Shown in pieces: positions 46,631-56,656 of a stretch of 64,000 bases of DNA (positions are counted from its first letter, which is position 1; every line of letters starts with the position of its first letter). The DNA is from an uncultured Clostridia bacterium (GTDB lineage: Bacteria; Bacillota; Clostridia; Christensenellales; CAG-314). Both the position numbers and the translations under genes were made by a program. Where the stretch lies: positions 8,989 through 72,988 of the forward strand of contig CANQYT010000006.1 in assembly GCA_947628135.1 (NCBI GenBank), written 5' to 3'. Under the pieces are notes generated by a model. The model saw only the letters and a program-made list of their open reading frames with translations. It did not search any database and had not been told where the DNA came from.

Positions 46631-48160
46631 TTACTCCTTTTCAAGATATTTGTAGAAACTTTGCAGTTTGGCGTAGAGTTTGAGATAGATGTTTTTGTAG
46701 ATGTGTTCGTAAGTGACGACCGCCGTCGGCTCGGGGGTGAAAACGTCGGTGTAGCGCACCATATTGCTTATCGCATCGTGTTCGCTTGCGTACACTCCGC
46801 AGGATACGAAGGTCACTATCGCCGCGCCCAATGCGCTCGTTTCGTAGGTTTGCACGCGTTTGACGGGTTTGTTGAATATATTTGCGGCTATCTGACAAAT
46901 CAGATCGCTTTGCGAGCCGCCGCCGGAAACGGCGATGAAGTCGATTTTTTGCTTGCCGCGCTTTTCCATACGCTCCAAGCCTTCGCGCAGGGCAAAGTCG
47001 ATACCCTCGATGATGGCGCGATAGACGTGCGCGCGAGTGTGGTAGTCGGAAAAGCCTATTATCGCGCCGCGCGCTTCGGGCGCGGTAAGCCCCGCCTGCC
47101 AGAACGGCTGCAAGATAAGTCCGTCGCTGCCCGCGGAAACGGATTCTATTTCCTCGTTCATTATTTCCTCGACGGATCTGCCCATTTCCTCGGCGCGCTT
47201 TTCCAAATGACGGGCGAAATTCTGCTTAAACCAACTTATCATCCAATAGCCGCGGAATATCTGCACTTCGGGGTTGTAGTAATCTTTGAGTACGGCGGGA
47301 TAGGCGGGCATAAATTTTTCCGGTTCGAAATACTTCTTGGTGGAAAATTGCACCGTAGACGTAGTGCCGAAACTGACGGAGGCGACGTTGGTATCCACGC
47401 ACCCCACGCCCACCGTTTCGCAGCCCTTGTCCGAACCGCTTGCGATGACTTTCAACCCGACGGGCAAGCCCGTTTGCAAAGCGCATTCGGCGGAGATCGT
47501 GCCCACAACGTCCCCGGGAGAACAGATGGGGATCATATATTTGAGGTCCAACCCGTATACTGGGAAAGTGAGATCCTTTTCGCTCAGATAACGTTTCTTT
47601 TTGTGATCGAAGGGGAAGTGCCCTATCGTGGAGGCGTAACTGTCGACGAGATTGCCCGTAAGCAGCAAATTTATGTACGCCGAAATGTGCGCCACCTTGT
47701 GTACCTTTGCCCACAGTTCCGGCTCGTGCTGCATTATCCAACGGGTCTTTACTTTGCCGCGAATGGCGTTTACCGTGCGGGTCATATTCGCCAATTTGAA
47801 CAGAAACGCGTTTTTCGCGGGAAGCGGTTCGGACACGTCCGCCGTGCGCTGATCGCTCCACAGGATCATATCGCGCAGGACGTTGTTGTGTTCGTCCAAC
47901 AACACCGCGGTGTCGCGGAAGGTGTCCACGCTCATCGCTATTACTTCGCTCATCAGATCGGCGTGCCGCTCGGTGAGTTTGCGCGTTATGTCGCACAGCA
48001 CGCTCCAATACATATCGGCGGATTGCTCCATATAGCCGTTTTGCTTGCTGATATAGGGAACATATTTGACCTGTTCCTTTACCAACAGATTGCCCTTTTC
48101 GTCGAAAATGATACCGCGCATACTTTGCGTGCCGACGTCTATTACGAGAACGTTACTCAT
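46631..48160 (-). CDS. FGGY-family carbohydrate/polyol kinase
   Basis: IDVGTQSMRG, ILWSDQR, GSDKGCE, SFGTT, RAIIEG, SGGGSQS, SALGAA. Confidence 0.92.
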   Translation of the reverse strand: MSNVLVIDVGTQSMRGIIFDEKGNLLVKEQVKYVPYISKQNGYMEQSADMYWSVLCDITRKLTERHADLMSEVIAMSVDTFRDTAVLLDEHNNVLRDMILWSDQRTADVSEPLPAKNAFLFKLANMTRTVNAIRGKVKTRWIMQHEPELWAKVHKVAHISAYINLLLTGNLVDSYASTIGHFPFDHKKKRYLSEKDLTFPVYGLDLKYMIPICSPGDVVGTISAECALQTGLPVGLKVIASGSDKGCETVGVGCVDTNVASVSFGTTSTVQFSTKKYFEPEKFMPAYPAVLKDYYNPEVQIFRGYWMISWFKQNFARHLEKRAEEMGRSVEEIMNEEIESVSAGSDGLILQPFWQAGLTAPEARGAIIGFSDYHTRAHVYRAIIEGIDFALREGLERMEKRGKQKIDFIAVSGGGSQSDLICQIAANIFNKPVKRVQTYETSALGAAIVTFVSCGVYASEHDAISNMVRYTDVFTPEPTAVVTYEHIYKNIYLKLYAKLQSFYKYLEKE

Positions 48161-48512
48161 TTGCTTCCTCCATATCTCTCGTTGTTACAAGTCTGACGCC
48201 CGTTCCGAACAGGTCGTCCACCAAAACCGTGCCTATGGGCAGCGGTTGAGTTATCGTCAGGTCGCGGCAAAGCGACATCAGATCGAAAATTTTGTCTTTG
48301 GGTATTTCTCCGTCCGTTTTTACCGAAACCACGGGATACCCTTTCACCGTGGAACGTACAGACCCCGTAACGCTGCGGGTGGGGTGGGTGAGTTCGCCTA
48401 CGGCAAAACTTTCGCCCCGTTTGCACTTGTTGCCCGAAACGGCTATCTGCCCGTCTTGCCGAGTCACGGTCAGTCTGCAACCGTTGGGACACACGATACA
48501 CACCATTTCCAT
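48153..48512 (-). CDS. CxxC metal-binding protein (DUF1667-like), small subunit of the GlpA-like trio
   Basis: CIVCPNGC...GNKCKRG. Confidence 0.85.
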   Translation of the reverse strand: MEMVCIVCPNGCRLTVTRQDGQIAVSGNKCKRGESFAVGELTHPTRSVTGSVRSTVKGYPVVSVKTDGEIPKDKIFDLMSLCRDLTITQPLPIGTVLVDDLFGTGVRLVTTRDMEEANE

Positions 48513-48513
48513 A

Positions 48514-49749
48514 CTATTTGTCCTCCAATCTTACGGTAAAGTCGTCCAACGTGTGCGCTGTGTCGAAGTTGACCACGATACGCTCCATTTCCGGCGGAAG
48601 CAACTTTGCGTACACCTTGGAAAACACCGTTTCGTCTCCCGCTGTCACCACAAGACGCTGGTTTGTCAATTCCTCGCTTGCGCGGAAGTACATCACCACT
48701 TTGTCTATCCCGCCGTTTACGTCGATACGCTGAGGCACGACGTACAGCAGTTTGCCCTCCGTCGAAACGGGTCTCAACTTGCGCTTGCCGCGGCGCACGA
48801 CGGCGCTTCCCGCAGTTTCGCCGCTTTCGGAAACGTAGTCCACAAGGTCGTTGACGTGCAACGCGTTGCCGCAGGCAAAAATACCCTCCGCAAGCGTTTG
48901 ACAGTTTTGGTCCACTATCGCGCCCTTTGTCTTGGGGTCGAGCGGCACTTGCAGATCGCGGGCGAGTTCGTTTTCGGGTATAAGCCCCACCGCAAGCACA
49001 AGGCAATCGCATTCCACTATCTGCTCCGTGCCGACGATGGGCCGCATACGCTCGTCCACCTTGCTGATTTCCACCTTTTCCAACCGTGTTGTGCCGAACA
49101 CGCGCGTCACCGTGGAGGACAGGTGTAGCGGAATGTCGAAGTCGTTCAGACATTGATGAATGTTCCTCGTCAGTCCGCTCGCAACGGGTTTCGCCTCGTA
49201 CACGCCTACGACTTTCGCCCCCTCCAAAGTGAGACGGCGCGCCATTATCAGTCCTATGTCGCCGCTGCCGAGTACGACGACTTTTTTACCGGGCATAACG
49301 CCGAGAATGTTGACGAGATTTTGCGCCGCGCCTGCGGTGTACACTCCCGCGCACCTGTCGCCGTGAATACCGATACCGTTGCGGGTGCGTTCGCGGCAAC
49401 CCGTAGCGAGGACGATACCGCCGCATTCGACCTGTTTCAGTCCCTCCTTGCAAACGTACGTCAATTTGTAGCCGTCGTCGCACTTTTCGGTGCGTGTGAC
49501 GAAACTCAACAGACTTACCTGTACGTTTGTTTGGCGCAATTTCTTTACAAACCTGTCGGCATATTCCGGTCCGGAAAGTTTTTCGCCGAAACGCACAACG
49601 CCGAATCCGTCGTGTATGCACTGTTTGAGAATGCCGCCCAATTTCGCTTCGCGCTCGATAAGCAGCACGCTTGCGCCCTGTTCGGAGGCGCGTATTGCCG
49701 CGGCAAGTCCGGCAGGACCGCCGCCGATAACCGCTACGTCGTATCTCAT
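48514..49749 (-). CDS. NAD(P)/FAD-dependent oxidoreductase (partner of the GlpA-like dehydrogenase)
   Basis: GGGPAGLAAA, LGGILKQCIHDGFG, ATGCRER, GSGDIGLIMARR, GIFACGNALHVNDLVD. Confidence 0.9.
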   Translation of the reverse strand: MRYDVAVIGGGPAGLAAAIRASEQGASVLLIEREAKLGGILKQCIHDGFGVVRFGEKLSGPEYADRFVKKLRQTNVQVSLLSFVTRTEKCDDGYKLTYVCKEGLKQVECGGIVLATGCRERTRNGIGIHGDRCAGVYTAGAAQNLVNILGVMPGKKVVVLGSGDIGLIMARRLTLEGAKVVGVYEAKPVASGLTRNIHQCLNDFDIPLHLSSTVTRVFGTTRLEKVEISKVDERMRPIVGTEQIVECDCLVLAVGLIPENELARDLQVPLDPKTKGAIVDQNCQTLAEGIFACGNALHVNDLVDYVSESGETAGSAVVRRGKRKLRPVSTEGKLLYVVPQRIDVNGGIDKVVMYFRASEELTNQRLVVTAGDETVFSKVYAKLLPPEMERIVVNFDTAHTLDDFTVRLEDK

Positions 49750-51470
49750 TGTCCCACCTCCTTTATTTTACACACGGCAACGTTGCTGCCTATGTCGTCC
49801 TTGGTTACGTCCTCTGCCTGCACGCCCGTTTCGTTGGCTATGATATCCACTATCAGCGGCATACAAAATCCGCCCTGACAACGCCCCATTCCCGCGCGCA
49901 CGCGACGCTTTACGCCGTCTACCGTGGTTACTCCCAACGGGTTGCGCAACGCTCGCTTTATCTCGCCGAGGCTTACCTCCTCGCATCGGCACACTATTTT
50001 GCCGAAATCGGGGTCGCTCTTTATCAATTCGTCGCGGTCGGCGTCGCTTAGTGATTTCGCTTTGACGGGACGAGGGCGAACGGGGTCGAACCGCTCGTTT
50101 GCCGCAACTTGCGTCCCAGCGGAAAGCAAATAGTCCTTTACGATTTCCGCAACGTCCTTGCTGAAAGCGGGGGCTGCCGTTATGCCCGGGGACTGTATCC
50201 CGGCAACGTGCACCAGATTAGCCACCTTGGCGCTGCGCTCGATGATGAAATCCTCTTCGTAGGTGGGGGCGCGAACTCCCGAAAAATACGCTATTACGTC
50301 GCTGCGCCTGAGCGTGGGACAAACCCCGCTGTGCTTTGCGAAAACGCTGTCGAAACTTTGTCTGTCGGTGGACGTATCCTCGCGATCGGGTATTTCCACC
50401 GCGTCCGGACCGAGCAGATAATTGCCGTCCGCAGTGCGAATTACGCCGCCGCCCTTGGTTGAACCGCTGCCGAACTTGGAAAGCGATTTGAGCGTAGGAC
50501 CCATACTTATCGTTTGGGAGGGAACGCCCTCCGCCTTGGGGTCGAGCATAAGATCCGTTCCGCGCCGCGGGTGAATGGAAAAGTACCTGTCTCCCGCCAT
50601 TTCGGCGATTTTATCGGCGAATACTCCCGCGCAATTTACGACGCAACGGGCGGTAAACGTTCCTCTGTTGGTGCAAATGCGCGCCACCTTGCCCTTTTCC
50701 ACGTCCATACCCGTCACGGCGGTATTCAGACAGATTTTTGCGCCGTTTTGTACGGCGTTTTCCGCATAGGCTATCGTAAGTTGGTAGGGAGATACGTACC
50801 CCGTGGAGGGCGCGTACAGTGCGCCCACGGCAAAGTCTTTTACGCGCGGCTCGACTTGGGCAATTTCCTTTTTGCCGAGGATACGCACGCCCGGTATGCC
50901 GTGCTTGACGGCGCGCTTGACCGTGCCCTTTGCAAAAAACCTGATGAGGCGGCTGTCGAATATCACGTACTGTCCCGACCTGCGGAAATCCACCCCCAAT
51001 TCCTTGCACACGTCGCCGTACAGGGCGTTGCCCGCCACGCCGTACTTCAATTTGAGACAGCGGTGTTTGAGGTCAATGCCCGCGTGTACCATTCCGTTGT
51101 TTGCGCCGCTTGCGCCGCGGGCGACGTCGCTGTGCTTTTCCACCAACAAAATGCGCAGTTTGTACTTTGTCAGTTCGCGCGCGACGGCGCAGCCGCTTAT
51201 TCCGCCGCCGATGACGACGACGTCCCAATCAGTGCCGTCAAGCGCGTTGTCGCTAAGCGCGGGAAGCCGCTCTGCGGGCGCAACGTAACCTTTGAGCGCA
51301 ATGTCGTTGACGACGTGTTTGCCTTCCGTCACGAACATCTTGCCTATCGCAACGACGTCGCTCCACTTGTCGCATTCGCCGGAAAGAAAAACGCTGCGTT
51401 CGTCCTCGCGCACGGAAACGTCCACGCCGTACCGCTTGCGTACTTGCTTTATCGTTTTGTCGAAATCCAT
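49746..51470 (-). CDS. FAD-dependent glycerol-3-phosphate-dehydrogenase-like (GlpA/LhgO) protein with C-terminal BFD-like [2Fe-2S] domain and an extra N-terminal domain
   Basis: GGGISG, ASGANNGMVHAG, GIQSPGITAAP, CRCEEV..RAGMGRCQGGFC; start MDFDK at 51470 with GGAGG SD. Confidence 0.88.
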   Translation of the reverse strand: MDFDKTIKQVRKRYGVDVSVREDERSVFLSGECDKWSDVVAIGKMFVTEGKHVVNDIALKGYVAPAERLPALSDNALDGTDWDVVVIGGGISGCAVARELTKYKLRILLVEKHSDVARGASGANNGMVHAGIDLKHRCLKLKYGVAGNALYGDVCKELGVDFRRSGQYVIFDSRLIRFFAKGTVKRAVKHGIPGVRILGKKEIAQVEPRVKDFAVGALYAPSTGYVSPYQLTIAYAENAVQNGAKICLNTAVTGMDVEKGKVARICTNRGTFTARCVVNCAGVFADKIAEMAGDRYFSIHPRRGTDLMLDPKAEGVPSQTISMGPTLKSLSKFGSGSTKGGGVIRTADGNYLLGPDAVEIPDREDTSTDRQSFDSVFAKHSGVCPTLRRSDVIAYFSGVRAPTYEEDFIIERSAKVANLVHVAGIQSPGITAAPAFSKDVAEIVKDYLLSAGTQVAANERFDPVRPRPVKAKSLSDADRDELIKSDPDFGKIVCRCEEVSLGEIKRALRNPLGVTTVDGVKRRVRAGMGRCQGGFCMPLIVDIIANETGVQAEDVTKDDIGSNVAVCKIKEVGQ

Positions 51471-51624
51471 TTCCCCCTCCCTGTTTCGGAAAGCAGCCGA
51501 ATAGGGCGAAATTACGTTTCCGCGCCCTTCGGCATTTACCACAAATTTTTTTACAATTCCATTATACCAATACGATACGCAAACAACAATACCGAAATTT
51601 TTCGCTATACGCGCACCGCAACGC

Positions 51625-51655
51625 AAAAAAAAAGCGCCCAACGTGTGTTGGGCGC
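51625..51655 (-). terminator. Intrinsic terminator
   Basis: GCGCCCAAC stem plus T9 on the minus strand. Confidence 0.8.
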
Positions 51656-51730
51656 GCGTCTCAGACGCAATTGAAATTGTTTTGCAAACGCGCAAGCGTC
51701 GTCCGCCGTCACGGCAGAGGGCTTTGTACG

Positions 51731-52171
51731 TCAGCCCCTGCTCGACATAGCGACAAATTGCGTGGAGAGTTTTTGAACGTCTTGTCCTTTTACGGAATAG
51801 GTTATCACGATCATTGCGCCTTGAAGCGAAACGTTGTGACCTTCCTCGTCCGACTTGATTTGCTCGTAATGAGACTTTGCCGCGTCGGCGTCTTTGTAAT
51901 ACCTGATGGAAACGACGTCGCCGGTGAGTTTTTCCAGCGTTTCGGGCTTGGCAAGTTCCGCGATGGTAAAGTCGTCAAGGTTGGTTTTCCAAGCGTTCAG
52001 TCTGGCTGTCAAATCGCCGACCGTAACTTTACTGAGATACACGTGGTAGTCTCTGCTCTCCAAAGTGTCCCTGTCCTTGTCGGGATCGCCCGAATAGCCG
52101 CAAGCGACGAGCGCGGTAACCGTAAGCGCAACGAGAAGCGCAACGGCAAAAATCTTTACGAATTTCTTCAT
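51731..52171 (-). CDS. Hypothetical small lipoprotein
   Basis: MKKFVKIFAVALLVALTVTALVAC lipobox; GGAGGT SD; own TTGACA-17-TATCAT promoter. Confidence 0.8.
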   Translation of the reverse strand: MKKFVKIFAVALLVALTVTALVACGYSGDPDKDRDTLESRDYHVYLSKVTVGDLTARLNAWKTNLDDFTIAELAKPETLEKLTGDVVSIRYYKDADAAKSHYEQIKSDEEGHNVSLQGAMIVITYSVKGQDVQKLSTQFVAMSSRG

Positions 52172-52466
52172 ATAAGTTACCTCCATTGTTTGATATACCT
52201 TATGATAGCACTTGAATTTTTTTATGTCAATCTTAAAACAAAAAATTTACGGGCATTTCATCGCTTTTACGCAATGCCTGTAAAAAGGATATGCCGCCCT
52301 GCGCCGCTTTCCGACAAAAAGCGACATTGTTCGTCGGCATTTGCGAGTTTCGCCGCTTGCCGCAGTTATTTTAGGGGCATATACCGAAAATGCAAACCGG
52401 CAAAACGTCTGTACAGCAACGGCGAAAACAATGTCCGCCGATACCCGACGGCAAATACTGCGCGGC

Positions 52467-53372
52467 TCAGCCGTGCAGCAGCGAAAAATATCTGTCGTCG
52501 CCGTCGGGGAAAAACGTCACGATGTTAGCGCCCTTGTAGGCGGGATTTTCCGCAAGCCTTATCGCGGCGACGATGTTTGCGGCGGAACTTAGTCCGCAAC
52601 TGTAACCCTGTTTGAGATTGAGCAGTTTGAACATATCCAACGCTTCGTCGTCGGTGACGAGTTCCACGCGGTTGACGAGTTTGCGGTCGTACAGCGCGGT
52701 GACGAATCCCGCGCCGATACCCTGAATGGCGTGCGTGCCTTTGCAATTGCGCGAAATTACGGGACTGCCCGCAGGTTCGACGGCGATTATTTCCATATCG
52801 GGAAAGGCTTCGCGCAGCCGCCTGCCCGTGCCGACGAGCGTTCCGCCCGTGCCTACGCCCGTGATAAGCACGTCGACTTTGTCCAACTGATCTATTATTT
52901 CCGTGCCCGTGGAAACGTAATGCGCCCACACGTTGGCGGGATTTTCGAATTGTTTGAGCCACACGTGACCTTTGCGTTCGGCATACCGTTCCACCGCCTC
53001 TATTGCGCCGCGCATACCCGCTTTGCCCTCGGTAAGCACCAATTGCGCGCCCAAACCTTGAAGCATTGTGACGCGCTCCACAGACATACTGTCCGGCATA
53101 GTGAGCAGCACTTTGTAGCCGAGACGAATGCCGACGTAGGCAAGAGAAATGCCCATATTGCCGCTTGTCGCCTCCACGATTGTGTCGCCCTTGTGCAGCA
53201 CGCCGCGTTCTTCCGCGTCAAGGATCATCGCCAGCGCAGCCCTGTCCTTTACGCTGCCGCTTGCGTTCATCGCTTCGTTTTTGATGTATATATCCGCGTC
53301 GAAATCTTCCTCGTAAGGTATCAGCGGAGTGTCGCCGATACCCAACGGACGCGCGTTTGTGTAGAAATCCAT
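52467..53372 (-). CDS. cysK: Cysteine synthase (O-acetylserine sulfhydrylase)
   Basis: SGSVKDRAA PLP lysine, EATSGNMG, QFENPAN, GVGTGGT, HAIQGIG. Confidence 0.92.
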   Translation of the reverse strand: MDFYTNARPLGIGDTPLIPYEEDFDADIYIKNEAMNASGSVKDRAALAMILDAEERGVLHKGDTIVEATSGNMGISLAYVGIRLGYKVLLTMPDSMSVERVTMLQGLGAQLVLTEGKAGMRGAIEAVERYAERKGHVWLKQFENPANVWAHYVSTGTEIIDQLDKVDVLITGVGTGGTLVGTGRRLREAFPDMEIIAVEPAGSPVISRNCKGTHAIQGIGAGFVTALYDRKLVNRVELVTDDEALDMFKLLNLKQGYSCGLSSAANIVAAIRLAENPAYKGANIVTFFPDGDDRYFSLLHG

Positions 53373-53424
53373 ATACCTCCTATGTATGCGGCAAGCCGCC
53401 AAACGGTGCAAAACGCCGTGAAAA

Positions 53425-55854
53425 TCAAATTATTATGTTTACCAATCTGCCGGGAATGGCAACTACCTTTTTGACCGCCGCGCCGCCCAAAGCCTCCGCA
53501 ACGCGGCTGTCGGCAAGCACAAACTTTTCCAACTCCGCGGGGGACAGCGTGCTGTCTACGGTGAGTCTCACCTTGGGGCGGGAATTTATCTGAACGAGTA
53601 TCTCCGCCTCGCTAACTTTGAGAGCGCGCTCGTCGTATTCGGGGAATTTGCTTACAACGATACTGCCCTCGTGCCCCGTTTGCTGCCAGAGCTCCTCGCA
53701 GAAATGCGGAGCGAGGGGGCAGAGCAATTTGAGCAGATCGTCGACCGCGCCGCGATACAGACGAGCGTTTTTGACGGGAAGTTTGTCGTACTTGGCAAGC
53801 GCGTTGACCAATTCCATCATACGGGCGACCGCCGTGTTGAAAGAAAACGCGGGGTAGTCGGCGTCCACAGCCTTTACGGTGGAGTGACGGACTCTGTCAA
53901 GTTCCCTTTCCTCTGCGCCCGCGTCCTCCTTTGCGGGATAATCGCCGTACGCCGCAGTTACGTAGCGTTCGACGCGATCCAACCATTTGTTTATCGCTTT
54001 GATACCGTCGTCCGACCACGGACCGCCCTCTACGTAGCGGAAACCGAACGCCAGATAGCAACGGAACACGTCCGCGCCGTATGCGTTTACGTAGTCGTCG
54101 GGGGACACCACGTTGCCGTGAGTTTTGCTCATACGGTTGCCGTCCGGACCGAGTATTACGCCTTGATGTACCAACGACTTGAACGGTTCGTCGAAATGCA
54201 GATAACCCATATCGCGCAACGCTTTCGTGATGAAACGCGCATACAGCAGGTGCATACAGGCGTGTTCAGCGCCGCCGACGTACTTGTCTACGGGCAGCAT
54301 CTTGTCTATCAGCGCCGTGTCGAAAGGCTTTTCGGCGTTGTGCGCGTCGGGGTAACGAAGATAGTACCAACTGCTGCATACGAAGGTATCCAGCGTGTCC
54401 GGGTCGCGCGTTGCGGGAGCGCCGCACTTGGGACACCGTACGTCGTGGATAAACTTGTCGTGTTTGGCGAGGGGACTTGTTCCGTCGGGACGAAATTCCA
54501 CGTCGTACGGAAGCAAAACGGGCAGGTTCTCGTCGGGAACTTCGCCGCAGTGCGGACAATATACGATGGGTATCGGAGCGCCCCAATAACGCTGACGGGA
54601 CACAAGCCAATCTCTCAAACGGTAGTTTGTGGTAAGTTTGCCCTTGCCTGTTTGAGCCAACTTTTCCACGACGGCGATTTTGCCGCGCTCGCTTGCGATA
54701 CCGTCGAATTCGCCGCTGTTGCACATCACGCCGTAATCGGTAAACGGCAATTCGTCGTCAACGTCGGGAGAAGCGCCCTTGATGACGCGTTTTATTTCCA
54801 AACCGTGCGTCCGCGCAAATTTGTAATCGCGCGCGTCGTGCGCGGGCACTCCCATAACAGCGCCCGTGCCGTAACTTGCAAGTACGTAATCGCCTATCCA
54901 CACGGGGATACGCTCGCCGTTGATAGGGTTGACGGCGTAAGCGCCCGTAAATACGCCCGTCTTGTCCTTGGCGGTGGAAAGACGCTCTATTTCGTTGGTT
55001 TTTGCCACCTCGTCAATATATGCCTGCACCGCCGCCTTTTGTGCGGGGACGGTTATTTTGGGGACAAGTTCGTGTTCGGGCGCAAGTACCGCGTACGTAC
55101 AGCCGAACAGCGTGTCGGCGCGCGTTGTGAACACTTTGAAAGAGCCGCTGCCGTCGGCAAGTTCGAACACGATTTCTCCGCCCTGCGACTTGCCTATCCA
55201 ATTGCGCTGCATTGCCTTGGTCTTTTCCGGCCAGTCCAAATTGTCAAGACCTTGAAGCAATTCCTCGGCGTAGTCGGTTATTTTGAAAAACCACTGCGTA
55301 AGATCCTTTTTTACGACCTGACTGTCGCAACGCTCGCAACGTCCGTCTACCACCTGCTCGTTGGCAAGCACGGTGTTGCAACTCGGACACCAATTGACGG
55401 GCGCTTTTTTGCGGTAGGCAAGCCCCTTTTTGTACAGTTGGATAAATATCCACTGCGTCCACTTGTAATAGTCGGGCAAACAGGTCTTTATTTCGTGATC
55501 CCAATCGAACATCGCGCCGATGTTTTTGAGTTGCCCTTCCATTACTTCAATGTTGTGCAAGGTACTGTCCTGCGGATGAACGCCCGTCTTTATCGCATAA
55601 TTCTCGGCGGGCAATCCGAACGCGTCGAATCCCATAGGCTGAAAAACGTTTTTACCTTTCATTATCTGATAGCGCGCAAAACTGTCCGTCAGCCCGTAGT
55701 TGTACCAATGCCCGACGTGCAGTTTGCTGCCGCTGGGGTAACTGAACATTTCCAGCACGTAGTACTTGTCGTCGACGTTGTTTTCGTCGAATTTGTATAC
55801 CTGCCGCTCGCTCCACAGTTTGTTCCATTTTTTTTCTACCGCAATCTTGTCCAT
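53425..55854 (-). CDS. leuS: Leucine--tRNA ligase
   Basis: [57 protein letters not shown] (KMSKS variant); start MDKIA at 55854. Confidence 0.97.
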   Translation of the reverse strand: MDKIAVEKKWNKLWSERQVYKFDENNVDDKYYVLEMFSYPSGSKLHVGHWYNYGLTDSFARYQIMKGKNVFQPMGFDAFGLPAENYAIKTGVHPQDSTLHNIEVMEGQLKNIGAMFDWDHEIKTCLPDYYKWTQWIFIQLYKKGLAYRKKAPVNWCPSCNTVLANEQVVDGRCERCDSQVVKKDLTQWFFKITDYAEELLQGLDNLDWPEKTKAMQRNWIGKSQGGEIVFELADGSGSFKVFTTRADTLFGCTYAVLAPEHELVPKITVPAQKAAVQAYIDEVAKTNEIERLSTAKDKTGVFTGAYAVNPINGERIPVWIGDYVLASYGTGAVMGVPAHDARDYKFARTHGLEIKRVIKGASPDVDDELPFTDYGVMCNSGEFDGIASERGKIAVVEKLAQTGKGKLTTNYRLRDWLVSRQRYWGAPIPIVYCPHCGEVPDENLPVLLPYDVEFRPDGTSPLAKHDKFIHDVRCPKCGAPATRDPDTLDTFVCSSWYYLRYPDAHNAEKPFDTALIDKMLPVDKYVGGAEHACMHLLYARFITKALRDMGYLHFDEPFKSLVHQGVILGPDGNRMSKTHGNVVSPDDYVNAYGADVFRCYLAFGFRYVEGGPWSDDGIKAINKWLDRVERYVTAAYGDYPAKEDAGAEERELDRVRHSTVKAVDADYPAFSFNTAVARMMELVNALAKYDKLPVKNARLYRGAVDDLLKLLCPLAPHFCEELWQQTGHEGSIVVSKFPEYDERALKVSEAEILVQINSRPKVRLTVDSTLSPAELEKFVLADSRVAEALGGAAVKKVVAIPGRLVNIII

Positions 55855-55976
55855 AAATCCCTCTCGGTTGGTTATATGCAAAATTGTAGTCCAACAACGG
55901 GTGTTTGTCAAGAGAAAGCGCGCCGTTTGTTGTTCGGCGCAATATGCGTCCCGCAATGTCAACATTTTTGAAAAAA

Positions 55977-56023
55977 TGTCGAAATTTGTTATTTTTGAAT
56001 ATTTTTTTGTCGAATTTGTCGAT
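55977..56023 (+). promoter_or_regulatory. Cluster of Spo0A-binding-type (0A) boxes
   Basis: TGTCGAA at 55977-55983 and 56008-56014, TGTCGAT at 56017-56023; further near-matches at 55957 and 56093. Confidence 0.6.
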
Positions 56024-56142
56024 TTTAGAGAGAGTATTGCGGTAAAATTTCATTAAAAAGTCAAAATATTTTTGTAAAAATATGTTGTATTGTGTCAAAT
56101 TTTATGTTATTATAGTTTTAAGTTGATCAGGAGGATACAGGT

Positions 56143-56598
56143 ATGGATGGCGTCAACAAAGACGATTGTTTTTTACACGGCGACGAATTGTATAAGAGTA
56201 TCGTGGGCGACGGCGCAAGCGACGTACACGTGCTGGTCGGTCAACTGTTGATCGGACTCGGTTTCAAGAGCAAACTGACGGGTACGCAGTACTTGAAGGA
56301 CGCGATATTGTACCGATATGCCAGACGGGACGTGGCGCACATCAACTACAACAATGAAGTGTACACCGACGTGGCGGAGAGATTGCACTCCACTCCGTGC
56401 AGGGTGGAACGCGCGATAAGAAAAGCCATCGGCGACTGCGCCGACTTCGGCAATCTCAACGCTTTCAACGACTTGATACACGGCAGAGTTACCGCGCCGG
56501 GATACGTTCCGTCCAACACCGAGTTGATAAGCCGCATTGTGGATTGGCTCAACATCGAAGAGGAAAAAGGTCACATAGCCAAGTCGGACGAGCAATGA
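56143..56598 (+). CDS. Stand-alone Spo0A C-terminal DNA-binding domain protein (no receiver domain)
   Basis: LGFKSKLTGTQYLKDAI, VYTDVAERLHSTPCRVERAIRKAI, PSNTELI match Spo0A C-domain motifs; AGGAGG SD. Confidence 0.85.
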   Translation: MDGVNKDDCFLHGDELYKSIVGDGASDVHVLVGQLLIGLGFKSKLTGTQYLKDAILYRYARRDVAHINYNNEVYTDVAERLHSTPCRVERAIRKAIGDCADFGNLNAFNDLIHGRVTAPGYVPSNTELISRIVDWLNIEEEKGHIAKSDEQ

Positions 56599-56656
56599 CG
56601 GACGCACGGGTTGCGTTTGCGCCCGAAAGGGTGTATAATGCCGTCGAGGTGACTTG

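Noticed and set aside
46631-48160. Assigning glpK
   Set aside because: Lacks the typical GlpK motifs (DQGTTSSR, WQ.RRT, GDQQAAL); left as an FGGY kinase of unknown substrate.
44978-48196. 1072-aa plus-strand ORF
   Set aside because: Antisense shadow of the AGPS-like and kinase genes; no recognisable motifs; explained by codon bias on the coding strand.
53671-55971. 766-aa plus-strand ORF
   Set aside because: Antisense shadow of leuS.
56143-56598. Calling this gene spo0A or a spo0A pseudogene
   Set aside because: No receiver-domain sequence upstream; it has its own SD, start and promoter.
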